Assembly: GCF_009914755.1 (NCBI RefSeq)
Contig: NC_060929.1
Reading direction: 5' to 3' (one strand)
From: the human T2T-CHM13v2.0 reference genome, Homo sapiens
DNA length: 64,000 bases
Part shown: in pieces, positions 1 to 13,955 of the stretch
Layout of the letters: the number at the start of each line of letters is the position of its first letter
Numbering within the stretch: position 1 is the stretch's first letter
Translations under genes and position numbers: made by a program
The notes under the pieces: generated by a model
Told to the model about the DNA's origin: nothing
The model's database searches: none
The model's input: only the letters and a program-made list of their open reading frames with translations

Positions 1-1147
1 TACAGAGAAACCCCCACTACTATTTTATGGCCAGTGAATTTGCCTGCCCGTGTCTAATACAGTCATGGTGTTGAACTCGACCATGTCGCACTAGGCTTAT
101 GTTAAGATAATCAAAGAATGTGGAGCACTGAGTCACTTTTGTTCTTTATAGAAAACACCAGAGCAGAAACCAACAGTTTGTCAAACAATTCACCATAGCA
201 AGATTTTAATAAATGAGTCTTTTTGCTGATATGGCAATTATTTTACACAGAAAAAAGATATAAATTCCATGCTGTCCTGGATCTACACAAACAAGAAAAA
301 ACATTCATAATTCTGGAAATTTTCTAGTTCAGCAACTCCATCAACTTTCAATTAACCTCAGAAGCCAGGCCATTACTGCTGCCAGATTAGCTCGAGAACT
401 CTCCAGGACCCTTTAATTCTTTACACCAGACCTTTTCCACATTTATTTATCTATTTCTTCTTTCCCTTCCACACCCCTGTTCTCTTCTCTGCCTCCTTCA
501 CTTTCTATTCCATTATACCCTTCTTAATCTACCACACCTCAGTGGTGATGGTGGGCAAAAATGGCTGCCATTATGTTATCAGCACGAACTAAGCTTACTT
601 GGGAAGTCAGAAAACGGGATGCAATCCCCATAAACATGGAAAAGGCATATTGATTCTATGTCATCAAGCTCCACCTTTCCCATAGGTTGCACATGGCAAG
701 ATAAAATGCCAGGATGGGGACAATTTTTCTGCCCAGCTTCCAAGCTTGCCTTCATGTGCCATATGTCAGATTTCTAAGAATACTGTTCAGTTTTCCAAAA
801 ATGAACCTCACACATTCATAGGGCCACTCAAACTTCCTGCCCCCACCAAAGCATTCTTCATAACCAAACAGACAAAAGAGAGTTGTTGGGAAATGACCTC
901 GTGCTCAGAATCCATGTCAGCAAATGCCTTATGATCAGGAAGTTAGTGTTATTTAAGAGTGAGATGGTTCCTCTCTAAAACAATGGTGCCCAGAAAATAA
1001 CTATAATCATGTTATTTTATTGCTTTGCCGTTGTGCTTGTATTTTTAACCACTGCATTGTCCAAAGGAAATCCTTGCTCTTCTCTTTCGTGAGTTTTCTT
1101 TCTTTCTACCCACTTTCCCCCATCTTTGCTACCCTCCTTTCAAATAT

Positions 1148-1262
1148 TTGCTCATACCATTTTCCCTTTATGGAATGCCCTCCCTGAATCTATTTATGTA
1201 AATCTACTCTTCACTTCAAAATACAACCTAATTGCTTCTCTTTTTCCGAGCATTCTATGATC
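1148..1262 (+). mobile_element. L2 LINE fragment (degenerate)
   Basis: ttgctcataccattttccc...ggaatgccctccc...ctactcttcacttcaa resembles the L2 3' region. Further L2-like pieces lie near 1330-1560 (-) and 1700-1810 (+). Confidence 0.5.
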
Positions 1263-2126
1263 AAAAGAGCAGGTCATGGACTTTTCTGCCTTGAATTCAT
1301 GTGGCACTCACTGTCCAGAGCAAGATTTGTATTCATGCAACAGAGCTTCTTTAAGCACCTACTATATCCTTAACATAATGATAAGCCCTGCACTGTATGA
1401 CATTTTCGAAATGAAAAAAATTTACTTTATCAAAGAAGAAAAGATGTCACATGACACAAATATCTATATGACAATGTAGAATATGATGAGTGTCATGAAA
1501 GATATATAATTTTAAAGCTCAAAAGAAGGAGACAGATGACTTCTCTCCAGGGAAACTGCTTCAAGGATTTGCTTGTTGTGCCAGTCTAGAAGGAATGCTG
1601 ATCTCTATCACATTAGTATTTGTGGCCCTGGAGTCATCCCTCTTGCCTTTCATTGTTCGTTGCCTGGCATTGTTCACTTGCATTTTTAGATGCTTCTGTC
1701 TTGTCACTATAACTAGATATGAGCTTGAAATGAACTGAAATCTTGCCTTATATTTTATATGGTTCCCTCACTACCCTTTACCTAATAGTTACACAGTAAA
1801 CATTTTTTAACCCAACAAACCCTTATTTAACCCCTACTGATTTCCTGACTCTGAGCACGGTAGTTAGGGATGGCAGCCAACTTCCACAGAGAGAGACCTG
1901 GCCAGGAACCATTCCACTATGGAGGTGAAGAATAAACAGGACTTTATAGATGAGTGATGGTTTACCAGATGGACAAGGAGAGAAGTATTCCCAATGCAAG
2001 AAGAGATTGTCCAAAGGCCTGAAAAACAAAGAAATAAGAAACAGAAGTTGAGGCAGGAGAGGTCTTTATTGGCCACACTAATATCTTACCCTAGAGCCTC
2101 TGACATCCACAAAAAATGCAGTATTA

Positions 2127-2224
2127 TTGCAGTGAGATGAGATCGGGCCACTGCACTCCAGCCTGGGCAATAGAGTAAGACTCAGTCTCAAAGAAAAAAA
2201 AGAAAACAAAAAAGAAAAAGAAAA
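2127..2224 (+). mobile_element. 5'-truncated Alu (last ~65 nt of right arm plus A-rich tail)
   Basis: ttgcagtgagatgagatcgggccactgcactccagcctgggcaatagagtaagactcagtctc followed by an A-rich tail. Degenerate flanking repeat aaaatgcagtatta / aaaagcagaatta. Confidence 0.9.
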
Positions 2225-4569
2225 GCAGAATTAACTCAACCACTGTTCTTATTTTTATGTTAAATGTGGAATTTGTAACATTGTATTATAAATTATAAAA
2301 CAGAACAAAAATTCTATTTTCAGGTTGTAGAATCCAGATGATTGTAGAATCGAACTGATGAGCTCGTCTAAATCTCTGTCTCCCTTAAATAAACAATTTG
2401 GTCAGTTAGCCCATCCTAGGGTCACCACTTCTCCAGATCATTAAAGAGAAATTAATTTAACAAACAGATGTCTTCTTATCAGGGACAATACAGTCGCTTC
2501 CTAAAGAAGCATTCCAAGTAAGATTCCTTTAGAGCAACCATACAAATTAGCACTGGCACTTGAAATTGTAAGTCAAGAAGCTTTTTTTGGTAAAAGTTCT
2601 ATCCAATGGCTGCTTCCATGTGGCTTCTCTGAGATTTACCAGGATTTCCAGCAGGAAAGAAGCAACCGTAAGAAATTTGATCTTCATAGTTGGACTTCGT
2701 CATCACTTCGTCGCTGGCTACCCTTCCCCACTGCTATCCTTTCTTGAAAGTCAAAAGTTACTTTCTCATCCCAAAACCTTCTAGAGACTCTTGTCTTATG
2801 AATTATGAAAATTTATGTTACTGGGCAAGTACATATTTCATTTAAAATCCCCATCTCTATTTTAATAAATGCATTATTCCTAATATAATACCACATATTC
2901 TGGACATGTTTGTCTGGATCAGACTTATTTTTTTGCCAAAGGCTATAGGACAAGACACATTTAAAATTTAAGTAGGCCAGGTTTCAGAAGATGAAAGGGA
3001 TTTGGTTTTAAAAGGTTACTAAGAAAGCTATTAGTAGGATAATTTCAAAGGCAGCTACTCCATGGGCATTTCTATATTTTTATTGGGTACAAATTGGACA
3101 AAGGAAAGCATTTAATTGACAAATTGGGGGGACTACAAATAAGTGTGAATTTTATGCTCAGCTAATAAGCATACAAAACAAATTATGTGAAAATTTAGTC
3201 AAAGAGAAGAATGGAATATAATTTCAAGAAACTCTCTAAGTGACTCAACGGATATTAATGACCACACCGAAAAGTGGGAAGTAAATGTAACATGTGGCAG
3301 AGCAGGGTTGGAGTCAGACACTCATACCATGGATAACTATTTGTCATTTTCCCAGTGACTCCATAGCTCTCCAAGCTCCTACATAGAAGAGATTTTCTGT
3401 GTGGAGTAGCAATGGCCATGTTTTCATCAACTCTAAAACAATCCAATTTGCATCTACCCTTCATGAAGAGGGTTGCCTATTCTCTAATAACAGAAGTTTC
3501 CCCCTTCTCTCCTTTTCTAAGTCCTGTGCCCAGGCTTAAAGCCACAGGAAAGAATCAACTGACACCACCACTCAGGCAATAGTTTCTAGAAAAATCTGAC
3601 TCCTCTCTATGCCACGTGTCCTTTAAGGCAATCAGTGTGTCATGGAGATCTACAAAGGTCCTGGTTACTCATCACTCCTGCTCTTCCCTGAGCAGCCCCT
3701 TGCTCCTCTCACTTCACTTCCAAGACCTGTTAGCATCAGCCTGCTTGAGACTACTCCTGACAGCTGTGTATGGCACAGCTTCCTTCTCCACTACACCTGC
3801 CTTCCCGCATTACACCTCTCCAAGGCATTAGCTCACATCAACAATCACCAAGCAGATCTGCTCTGCTGCCAGCTATGCAGGGACAGGACTGAGTAGGAAT
3901 CAATATATCCCACGACCAGCTAGAAGACAAAGCGAGATCAACATTTCTGCCCTTTGAGAGAGTCAGGACACTGGGAAAGAGAGACAAAGGGGCTGAGGGA
4001 GGGGGGTTGAATCAGTCTAGGCTCAGTAGGGTGCCCTTGTGGAGTGCCAGCCCTGAAGTTATTGCTCTTTCAAAGTCAGAGAAAAAAATAAAATGAGACA
4101 ATTTGTTCAATTTAGTCCATCTTCTCCATAGGGAAGAGAAAAGTGGAACCAGCTTTGCCAACATGGCAAGTTTGGCCAGTAAACTGGGTTCTCCATGGCT
4201 TTGATCTGAAAGAACCTGTCTAGCCATGGTGTTGGCAGTTTTGTCACACTTAGAGCTAGAGAGCAATCACTGGGGCTGTCCTCAGGGCAGTGGCCTGGGC
4301 TACCATATTGGAAGCAACAGGATGGTCCATTGATTGTTTTAGCTGAGGTTTTATGCTGGGAACTTAATTACTAAGTACAAAAAGGAAGACTTCCTCAGCT
4401 CTCATGATCCACCATATGAGGGTGATTTGTTAGAAAAAAAAAAAAAAGACATTTAAGGACCTCTCTTTAGGGTCTCTTAGACCCACACCATCCTCCTCAT
4501 CTAGGTGAGAGGCTCCATTCAGATGAATGGACTAAAGCCTAGGATTATAACCAATCATGTCCCTCAACT

Positions 4570-5210
4570 CTCCCTCCTCCTGTTCCTCACAACTTAATTA
4601 ATGCCACAACCAACACCCCTGTTGCCTAATCCAGGAAACTCAAATCCTACTTTGTCTCTACAACTAGCACCTCCTGTTCAATCTATCACAAAATCCTATT
4701 GAGTCTTCCTTCTAAATGTCACTTGACTCTGTCCCTTTCTCCCTTTCCTTGTTTCAACCCTAGCTTGGGCCACCATCATCTCCAGTCCATTCTGCACAAG
4801 CCCAGAGAGGTATACTCTCAAAATGTAAACAGAATTATGTCATCCTCTTCCAGATTAAAATCTATCAATGCCTTTTCACTGGTTGTCATTAGGATAGTCT
4901 AAACTCCTAACTCTTGCCAACAAGGCTCTTCATGGTCCAACTTTTGCTAGTGTTTCTGATCACATCTCCTTGTATTTATATTTCATCCCTCCACACACCA
5001 GCCCACCTCACCCATACAAACACACAGGCAAACACATAATATGCTCCATAATTTAGCCATATTAAATATTCAGCTCTTTGAATGAACCACACTTTTTCCC
5101 TTAAGTTGCTGAATACTTTACCCTTACCTTGTAGAATACTCTTCCTCCTACTCATTCATTAGTACTCACCTTACAAGTCAGTTCCTCTGGGAAGCTTTCC
5201 CTGAACAACC
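4570..5210 (+). mobile_element. L2 LINE fragment
   Basis: L2-type motifs: caatctatcacaaaatcctattgagtcttccttctaaatgtc, gccaccatcatctc, aaactcctaac...caaggctcttcatg, gggaagctttccctga. Confidence 0.7.
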
Positions 5211-7861
5211 GACTTCTATCTTCATAGTTGTTAGAGAAGTTTGGTGCAACATATAATTATGATGGCTGATTGCATTCAGATGCATTTAATTTTAGTAGCA
5301 TCTGCTATTTGCATATTTACCTGGTAAGTAACCATGGAACACAAATGACCTTTTATTCTTGTCCCTTCTGTCCTCAGCATAATAACCCTCTTAAATAATT
5401 CTGCCTTCCTGGGAAGTGTGGTGTCCTATAAACTTTCGCTGTGCAAACTTAGGCACTTTACAGAGATGTGCAGCGACTGATTGAGAATTCTTTGTATAAA
5501 ACATTTAATTGACTCGAATTGCAGAACAGAAGAGATGTGTATTTGATGGCAACTATCTACAAAAGGAGTAATACATTTACTACCAGATGATCATAATTGC
5601 ACTTCACAAAAACTGGAAGATTTCACCATTATGTAGTTTTGTTGTTTTCAAAAGCCTCTTTGGTAAACACAGCCTCTGGCCTTGCGGTCTTCACTAGCTA
5701 GCTCCATTTGATTGCAATTGTTCATCTTCATTAGGAGCTTCACCTGTAATTGAGTGTATTCAAGAGAAAGCTTGGTAGGTATTTTAACACAACCTGCAGT
5801 TGCTTTTGTGCTCCAAATCAGAGATTCTATCCTGTTGATTTTGCTCATTCCTAAGTTATTTCTTTGACTTGGCCACTTGAATAAATTGTTATATTTGGAT
5901 CCATCCTAAATGGAAGCCTGGTATTCAAGATATTATTTGATCAATATCTTAAGAGTTTAATGGCCTGCATTTATTCTCCTCCATTTCGGTTTTACAGGTG
6001 TGTTTTAAACTTCAAAGGCCTTCCAAGTAACTCAGATGTACTATAACTTATCCTATTATCTGAAAAAGATGGCCCACTCGCTGAGGTTTGGAAATATTTT
6101 GCGCTATAGAGACTCAAAGATACATGTTAGGCTCCTTCAAGATGCACAAAAGAGACTTGCTCGGGTTACTTGTAAAAGGTCATGGGATTTGTTGTACATG
6201 TTTATTAACCAGAGTTCTTTTTATCCTCTCTTCATTATGGTAGAGGCTCCCCTACCAACCTCACTCCCTGGACTCTCTTTCCCTCATTCAAATAGCAAGG
6301 CTCGTGGCATTCACTGCCTCGAGGGAGGGTTACTGCACTAAAAAGTAAAGAAAAATAAAGTCTGACTGGGTAGGGTTTCAAGGTTCTAGTATCCTGAGAG
6401 GAAGAGCCAGAAATTAAAGTACATGAAAAAGCAAAAGGAATAAGAACTACTGCCCCTTCCCCTGCATATACACCAAGATCACCTTGGCTTCCCAAGGGTG
6501 GGGAAAGAAGGGTGCTGAGGGAAGGAACCAAAGGAGAGGGACATGTACAGGTCTGCCATGAGAAGGGGCTTGGAGTGACCATGAGGCAGTAGTGACATCA
6601 GGTCCCTTGGGTTGCCTGGCCTCTCCTCCTTCAATATCCCCCGTATTGTCAGCAGCAAGCAGCTTCTAGGAACTGCTCACCTCTTCAGACTGTCTAGTCC
6701 TTACCCGCAAGCAATGCAACCCCCTTCTCTAAAGAGCTGTGCTGCGTCTCCTTCCCACATTGCACCCCACAAAAACCTTGCTGTGAGAGCAGGCAGTACA
6801 TCCTCAGTGAACCTCTGGGAGTACAGTGCCAATCTGGCCCAAGATATTGTCAGTCTCAACAACATACCCAGTTTCAATAAGCTTCAAAGAAGGACAGGGA
6901 CTTGGATACCCCATGGGGAGCAAGTAGGATGGAAAGAAACATCCTTGCACTTGTACGCAGATACAAATGGGCTTAAACTTCCTCAAACCCCACCTCCTAC
7001 TCACCCTCAGCCCCTCAGCCAGGAAATGGTAAAACACACTATTAGATAAGAATTCACAGGAAAGCCAGGAAGTCAGCAGATCAACCCAATTAAGCCCAGC
7101 CAAGCCTTACAGAGGCCAGAATTTCATTCAAGACACAATGCCACCAAAAGCAGCTACCAAACCATCTTATCCCCTCAGCAGCTAACTTCTGCTGTTGCCC
7201 TCTCAGGTGCTGCACGAGAGTGGGTGATGCAGCTACTCTCCCTGTGGCTGAGTCTCTAATTGGTCTCCCCCTGCTGTAACCAACTAATGCCAAGAGTCTG
7301 AAGTTCAAAGCCACTCAGGTGACAATGTGACAGGGTTGGCTGGTTAGCTCATCAAGAGCTGAACTGAACTCTCAGGCAACACTCCTTTTAGACCACAAGT
7401 CAGCCTATGAGTCAGCTGCCATTGGAGAGAACACCAGTTACTTGTCAAGTCCAGTGAAGCCAAACCCAGAAGAAGGACTGTGGTGTGGTGACTATTCTGA
7501 GACTTCACAGAAAGAAACAGAGTAACTGTCAGGTGCTTTACATGCCAGGCCAGGAAAGGATGTTAGGATTAAAATGCTGTCTACATTTCAGTTCCTAGGA
7601 CCCAAAACCCAGGGCTGAAGTAATCCAGCGAATGTCATACAATTCACCCGGAAAAAAAAACAGATTCTATTGTAGAACTCAAAGTACACAATACACGTAT
7701 AAATTGAGGGGCATACATAACACTTGCCAAGTTTGCCAAAATTCCAATGCTTTTTTTTCCTGATGTGTCCAGATAGAGATGTGGCAGCATTGACCACGCA
7801 GAAGGCACAACACCTGAAAAGCAGATGACTTGGTTCTCAAATGCAACCAAGAATGCATTAA

Positions 7862-8126
7862 GGAGGCCAAGGCAGGAAGATTGCTCGAACCCGGGAGTTC
7901 AAGATCAGCCTAAGCAACATAGTGAGTCCCTGTCTCTACAAAAGAAAAAAAAAAAAAAGCTGTGCATGGTAGTGTGCACATATGTAGTCCTAGCTACTTA
8001 AGAAAATGAGGTGGGAGGATTGCTTGAGCCCAGGAGTCCAGGAGGTTGGGGCTGCAGTGAGCCATGATGGCAATGCTGCACTCTAGCCTGAGCAACAGAG
8101 CAAGACCCTGTCTCAAAAAAAAAAAA
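7862..8126 (+). mobile_element. AluJ, 5'-truncated
   Basis: Starts at ggaggccaaggcagg. J-type motifs (gattgcttgagcccaggag, ggctgcagtgagccatgat, gaccctgtctc) and an A tail. TSD-like aatgcattaagga / aatgtattaagga. Confidence 0.9.
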
Positions 8127-9895
8127 TGTATTAAGGAACAAGGGCTAACTCTCCTGGGCTAGAAGGTTTGTAAGTCCTTGAGCTTAACCAACAGTATCTC
8201 TTTCCCACAGGGTAGGAAGGAGAATACAAAGGCTGCAGCTGGTCCATGAGCCAAAATAACTAGTGTCTAGGCCCATATGCATTTGTGGCATGGGCTGAAT
8301 ACTGGAGGCCCCTGGACTTTGCAAAGTGCCTCATGTCTATGCAGTGCTGTCTTCAGTTGCCTTTTCTGTACTGGCAAAAGACTGGTTACATTCGTGCCCA
8401 AGAATATGAACTTGAACTATTCAAGATGTTTTACAACCATTTCTGTGATAACTCCATGAACACACACACAAAAGCCATAGATTCTGTAAAACTGCAGGCT
8501 GTACATAATAGGGCTTTGGGGGAAAATAGTGTTGGGACAAAATCTATGGAACTTTGTCATTAAAGCCCTAAGAAAAACAATAACAACTCTCACAAATATA
8601 CAGGCACAGTTAACTTTCTATTGGCATTAGCACCCAACACCACAATCAGTTTATCATTTGCAATCTTAATCTGAAACTCCTGTTTCCTCCTCCTTACTGA
8701 AATAAGCTCTTGAAGGCATGATATGCTTCTAATAGAGACCAGTTTCATCAAAACCAAAAAATATATCCTTTGTTTTAATACAGAAAGAAATTTTTTTAGC
8801 TTTCTTATCTACACCCTCAGCTTCCTCAGATAGCTTAACACATTGAAAAATATAGTTCTTAAAGCCACCAAATCAGCCATGGTGTTAAAAATAGACCAAA
8901 GGAGTAGAATGGATTCATCTCTTTGCACTTTCTATTAAGATATGCATTAGGTCTCTCAAATTAAAACCAGAGCAGAAATTCTCCAAAGCTAGGAGCCAGA
9001 AATGCAGGTAAAATCCAGATAAAGGAATAAGCATCCGCAGAGCTTTTATCTCATTAAAATAAATAAAGAAAAAAGACAAGGATGAGGGAGGTGAAAGGAG
9101 ATGGGATCATCTGGGTTCTAACAGTCACATAAACACTGATGGTGAGGAGGTGAAGATGAGGACTTTATTAAAGGAATAATGTTCTCACCATAAACTCAAA
9201 CTCATTTCATGCTGTTTCTTGTCCTTGTTCCTTGTCAAACCACCTCCTATGCCTCTTTGGTACACAACCCCCTGTGAAAATGACTGATCTAGTCTAACCC
9301 ATCAGGCACACATAGGTCAGCACCATGTGAGAAACTCCCTCGGGTGCTATCTCAGCACCAAGGAGAGCTCCAGGCCAATTGCGATGGTAGGCCATTTGTG
9401 CTTTTCCTTCTGAGCAACTAAGGAAAATCCAGTCCATCTCACTCCTTCACTTAGCTTTTGGTGTGGATGTACTCCAGGAGGATTTCAATTTTATATTTCA
9501 ATAACTTATGTCATTCCTCTCCCAGATTAGGCATGCCCAGTCCCACTGCATTTCACCAGAATGCTGTTCCAAAATGTGGTCCGGGTCCAGGCTAGGGTAA
9601 AACATAAAAGAATTCAATTTAGAGGAACAATGAAAGTGTAATGTCTAACTGAGAATGGAAGTGATGGTGACCCATGTGTGCCCTGTGTATGTTTGTGTTA
9701 GTGTGTATGCATGTGTGAGTGTGAAGTCAATCCTCCACTCACAAAAGCCATTTTATGGGAATAAAACTGTTCATCTTTCATCCAACAATTTGAAATTGAG
9801 ATATTATTAATTATACACTAGGCAGGTTTTCTCTCGGTTGAAAACCTGAGCAATTGAAATTATAATACAAGCACACCCACGTTAGCCTTCCATCT

Positions 9896-10098
9896 TACTC
9901 GTATTGACTCCTATTTATTTCTTCATGAGACTTGTTTTTTTCTTCCCTTCAAAAAAATAGAACTTGAAAATAAAATAATGGCATAACAGAAAGTAAGCTG
10001 TGATTTAGGTTGCCTTTTTATCTTCTTTTATTTCAAAAGAATGATCTGGAACAAAGAATACTTTTGTGAGGTAAAACAGATGATCCTCTAAGAGGACT
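9896..10098 (+). repeat. Local direct duplication, copy 1 (~203 bp)
   Basis: Aligns by eye end to end with 10828-11032 at roughly 93% identity. Confidence 0.95.
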
Positions 10099-10827
10099 GC
10101 ACAGTCTGTGAGTATTATTGATTTTTCTTCCTAAGTCATTTCAGCGATACAATCTTGAGCTGAGTGACCATCGATAGTAAATGATTTCCAGCCAGACACT
10201 CAATTGTCAGACCTGCTTCTCTCAAAGGTTTAGCACTTCTGGTGAAAATACATACATGGATTTTGAAGCAGTAATAGTGTATGATAGAAGATGTCAACTT
10301 GAGAGAATTTTTACTTATTATAACAAGCCCTATGACTGGAATTACAAACAAGAAAGTGAAAAGGAAACCACAGTTTCTGCTAGTTTTTTAAAAAATTTTT
10401 TTCTTCAAGGCTTGGGAAATTACAATAAGTAACTAGATCTATTGCTTCCTAAACCTTAAAGCCAAAAAGGAACAATATTAAATCTCCCAAGATCAAGATC
10501 TCTTGTATCAAAGAATGTGTAATGAGACTACATGTCAACATCATGAGTGGCAGCACCACCACCTTGAGAGATCTGTGATGTAATGATGCATGGGCAATAG
10601 GGTTCAAGGGGCATTTTCTCCAATCCCTGGCAAGCTCCTGCTGAAGCTCCAACCTAAACCTTATTCAAGCTAAAATCTTTGAAGAATTCAACACCAATCT
10701 TTTTCTTGAGTCCTATAAAATGCTAAGAGTTTGACCATGAAATTCAAGTCTCAACACAGCTCTTGGAAACCCAGTAACAATAGTCCAAACCTTCATCCTT
10801 CAGGTTGAATGTATAATTTCCCAACCA

Positions 10828-11032
10828 TACTTGTATTGACTCCTATTTATTTCTTCATAAGACTTGTTTTTTTCTCCCCGCTCAAAGAAAAAGAGACTTG
10901 AAAATAAAATAATGGCATAACAGAAAATAAGCTGTGATTTAGGTTGCCTTTTTATCTTCTTTTATTTCAAAAGAATGATCTGAAACAAGGAATACTTTTG
11001 TGAGGGAAAACAGATGATCTTCTAAGAGGACT
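10828..11032 (+). repeat. Local direct duplication, copy 2 (~205 bp)
   Basis: gtattgactcctatttatttcttcat...tctaagaggact is shared with 9896-10098. Confidence 0.95.
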
Positions 11033-13955
11033 TTCATTGGGGTTTCTCTATCTATCTATCTCTCTCTCTCCCTCCTTCCCACTTCCACCACTACCCCGTC
11101 ATTACCTCAATCCTTCGGGCCAAGATAATTCTGCCCAAGCTTATGTAAGTCCTTGGAAAATCAGAGTGCCTGTGAGCTACACTGGATCCACCTAATGAAA
11201 AAATAACACTCAACTAGATAAAAATGGAGACACTTTAAGAACACAACTTGAGGTTCTAGTAGGTTCTCCCAAGATCTTCTGCAGAAAGAGTAGCATTTAA
11301 ATGCTTAATCAAAGTCATTTAGCAGGGGGTAAGAAAACTCAACAGGATGCCCTGCCAATGTCATTTTCTCTGAAAACCCTACAGTGCTAAGCTCTGTCAC
11401 CTGCATAAGTAGCATTTCCACTGGTTCATGGGCTTATAAATTTGGCCAACTAGGTGGTCAGGTTTTATCTTTGTTTACTGAAACCCACATCCACTCACCA
11501 AGTAGATATGCATTAAATTTGCCAGTTTCAAACCATTCATTATCTGCTATCTAGCTGATCAATTTGAATTACCACTAACTTCACTATAATTCTGTCTCTA
11601 ATTATAATGATGCTGAAAGGCTTTGAAAATTGTCTTGACTTCTTTAGCACTAACAGCTTTAACTTCCCAAATCCCCATTGTGAAAGTCTGTCTCCCAGAA
11701 AAGGCCTATGGAAAATAAAGGAAAGATAGAAGCAATGAAATTGGACTTATTTTCAAAACTCAAGGACTGGTTTTGTTTGGAAAGTCTGTTTCTCTCTTTT
11801 CTGAAACAGAGAAGAGCCAAAAGACAAACAAACAAACAATCCGGCTGGTCAATTTATTGTAAACTGGAGGTAGTGTATAGAGATTGACAGAGGTGCTTGG
11901 CTGGAATGATGGACAACATGGAGGGGTGCTCAGGGATGCAATCAATATATTACCTCCAATATATTACCTCCTATTCCCATTTGTGGTAATTGTCATATAA
12001 TAGCTTGTTTAAGTCTTCTCGCAGGCCTTAATTGCAGACTGGGTTCTCACCTTTGAACTATAATCCCCTAGTTTTAATTGTAAACAATAAATTGTCTTTC
12101 AAATGCTTTCGCTTCTCTTTGCCTCCATCCTCTCAAAACTGAATCTGCCTCAGCTTGACATCTAACAGAAGGTGTAGTGGTGAGAAGGAGAGAAGCCAGC
12201 GCAGACCTTGGAAGTCACCTCTGAGCTGAACTTCAGTGACTAAGAAACACCGATAGAAGGACCTAGAAAACGTGGCATCGACAAGCAGCAGCTAGTTCAC
12301 CAAACCCTAGTGGCCAGTTTCACTCTGACCTAACTTTCTCTCCACCCTCATCCTCTCCTATATAAAGGCCTCTGGGGGAAGGCACTATTGGCCATTTAAA
12401 CAATAAGTTTCTCAGAGCTTGTGCCAGATATTTCTTTTCAATTGCTTAAAGGCCTCGAGAAATAAACGTTACACCACTGAGGTCCCTCAACCTGTTCTCG
12501 TATGAGTCAAGAGCAGATCTCTCCCTCTGCTGGGTACCCTTCCTATTTATTCCTTTGTATATCATTCAGAGCCATTAATCAATCCAGCAGCAGCTCCTTC
12601 TCATAGGAGATGTGGGAAATGATAATGTTTTATGTGAACAATTAATCCTGTGGCAGATGTGGAGTTTCCAAGACTACTACCATTAGCACATTGACAGGCT
12701 TCCGAACACATCTTCCAGCACTGGTTAGTAATGATTTTAATATGCTAATACTATGTTACTCATAAACAAGAAACATTCAGGCCTTAAGTTTTACATAAGT
12801 GCTATTATTTGCAGAGGCTTTCTTTCCAGAGAAGACTGGTGATGAGGTTTTTATATTCTTAATGCTGCTGTTGAATAAACAGTGTCCAATTAACATACCA
12901 GCTGGAAGCACCCCATTCCTCAGTTCTGTTTCTTCCTATAATATTCAACATTTATTTGTAAAGCGAATAAAATAATTCAGAGTGAAACTAAGCCATTTGG
13001 GGAAGAGAAAACAGGAGTTCTGGGGTGGATTACTTTTCTAGCAATGTGGCTTTTGGTCTTGGATATTACAAAAATGACTAACAGAGCTACAAAAGAAAAT
13101 GCAGGAAAAAATACTGGCTATATTTAATAATTTAAAAACATTTCTTAAAAATGCAAAGCTGGTGTATGCCCCGTACTCACTTTGTCTGGTGGCTGCTATG
13201 TATTTTGTCACAGGGTAAGCTTGTGGTCTTAGATTCGCTATTTATCCAGAGCTGACAAAGTCCACAGTCTGAAGCCTGCTTTATTATTTCTCCCTAGTTT
13301 AGGTAAGGTAATAATCCCCAGATAGTCACAGTACCTTCTGTCTACCTTTCTTCTTGTCACATTTTCTCCTTAAAGATGTTTTAGTATAATAATGAATTGC
13401 TATCCACAGTAAAGGTGCTTCATCATAATTTTGCTTCATGCTGAATTTGTAAACTGGCCACAGTCATTGACGGGCAGTCTGTAACAGCAATAAAACAGAG
13501 TTGCTACGGAACTGACTCAAGGTCAAACCCTCAGTGTTGGGAAGTACAAAAACACTGCCTCTCAGAGAATGCTGTTTCTTACTGTTTCATGTTTAACACG
13601 ATAAAAGGAAAGGACACCAGGCATAAGAGAGACTTTTTGTAACCAAGAGTTTTTTTTTTAAATAAACATCTTAATCAAACAAATTGGGAAACAATTTTCC
13701 TGTGGCTTTAGACAGAGCCCCAAAAATGGAGGGCAGAGGGTACCTCAAGAAACTAAAGGAATGGATTCCAGCATGGTCAGCTCGTGACAGTCATTCCTGT
13801 TAGACTAGCACCTGCAGATGAGAGTTTTATTGGAAACTTCTCTTCAGCCCAATGTCCCACACAAACAAGAGGGTTTTGTTTGTTTGATTTGTTTAGGCTG
13901 CTATGTTATGTTCCATGAACAAAATGATCTTTTAGAAATATCATGGAGGCCAATC

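Noticed and set aside
5648-5848. Minus-strand acceptor-like site near 5742 followed by a short acidic peptide (EAPNEDEQLQSNGAS*)
   Set aside because: The pyrimidine tract is weak, there is no recognisable protein or partner exon, and it cannot be supported from sequence alone.
9896-11036. Reading the 205-bp direct repeats as LTRs of a miniature retroelement
   Set aside because: There is no TSD, no TGG-initiated primer-binding site and no polypurine tract, and the homology boundaries do not coincide with TG...CA ends.
11943-11971. Short tandem duplications (caatatattacctc x2; also near 2325, 31701, 48877 and 53384)
   Set aside because: These are ordinary slippage-type micro-duplications with no further structure.
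12355-12375. Consensus TATA box (ctatataaaagg), with a similar one near 15211
   Set aside because: There is no CpG island, downstream exon or other promoter support, and the AT-rich background makes chance matches likely.
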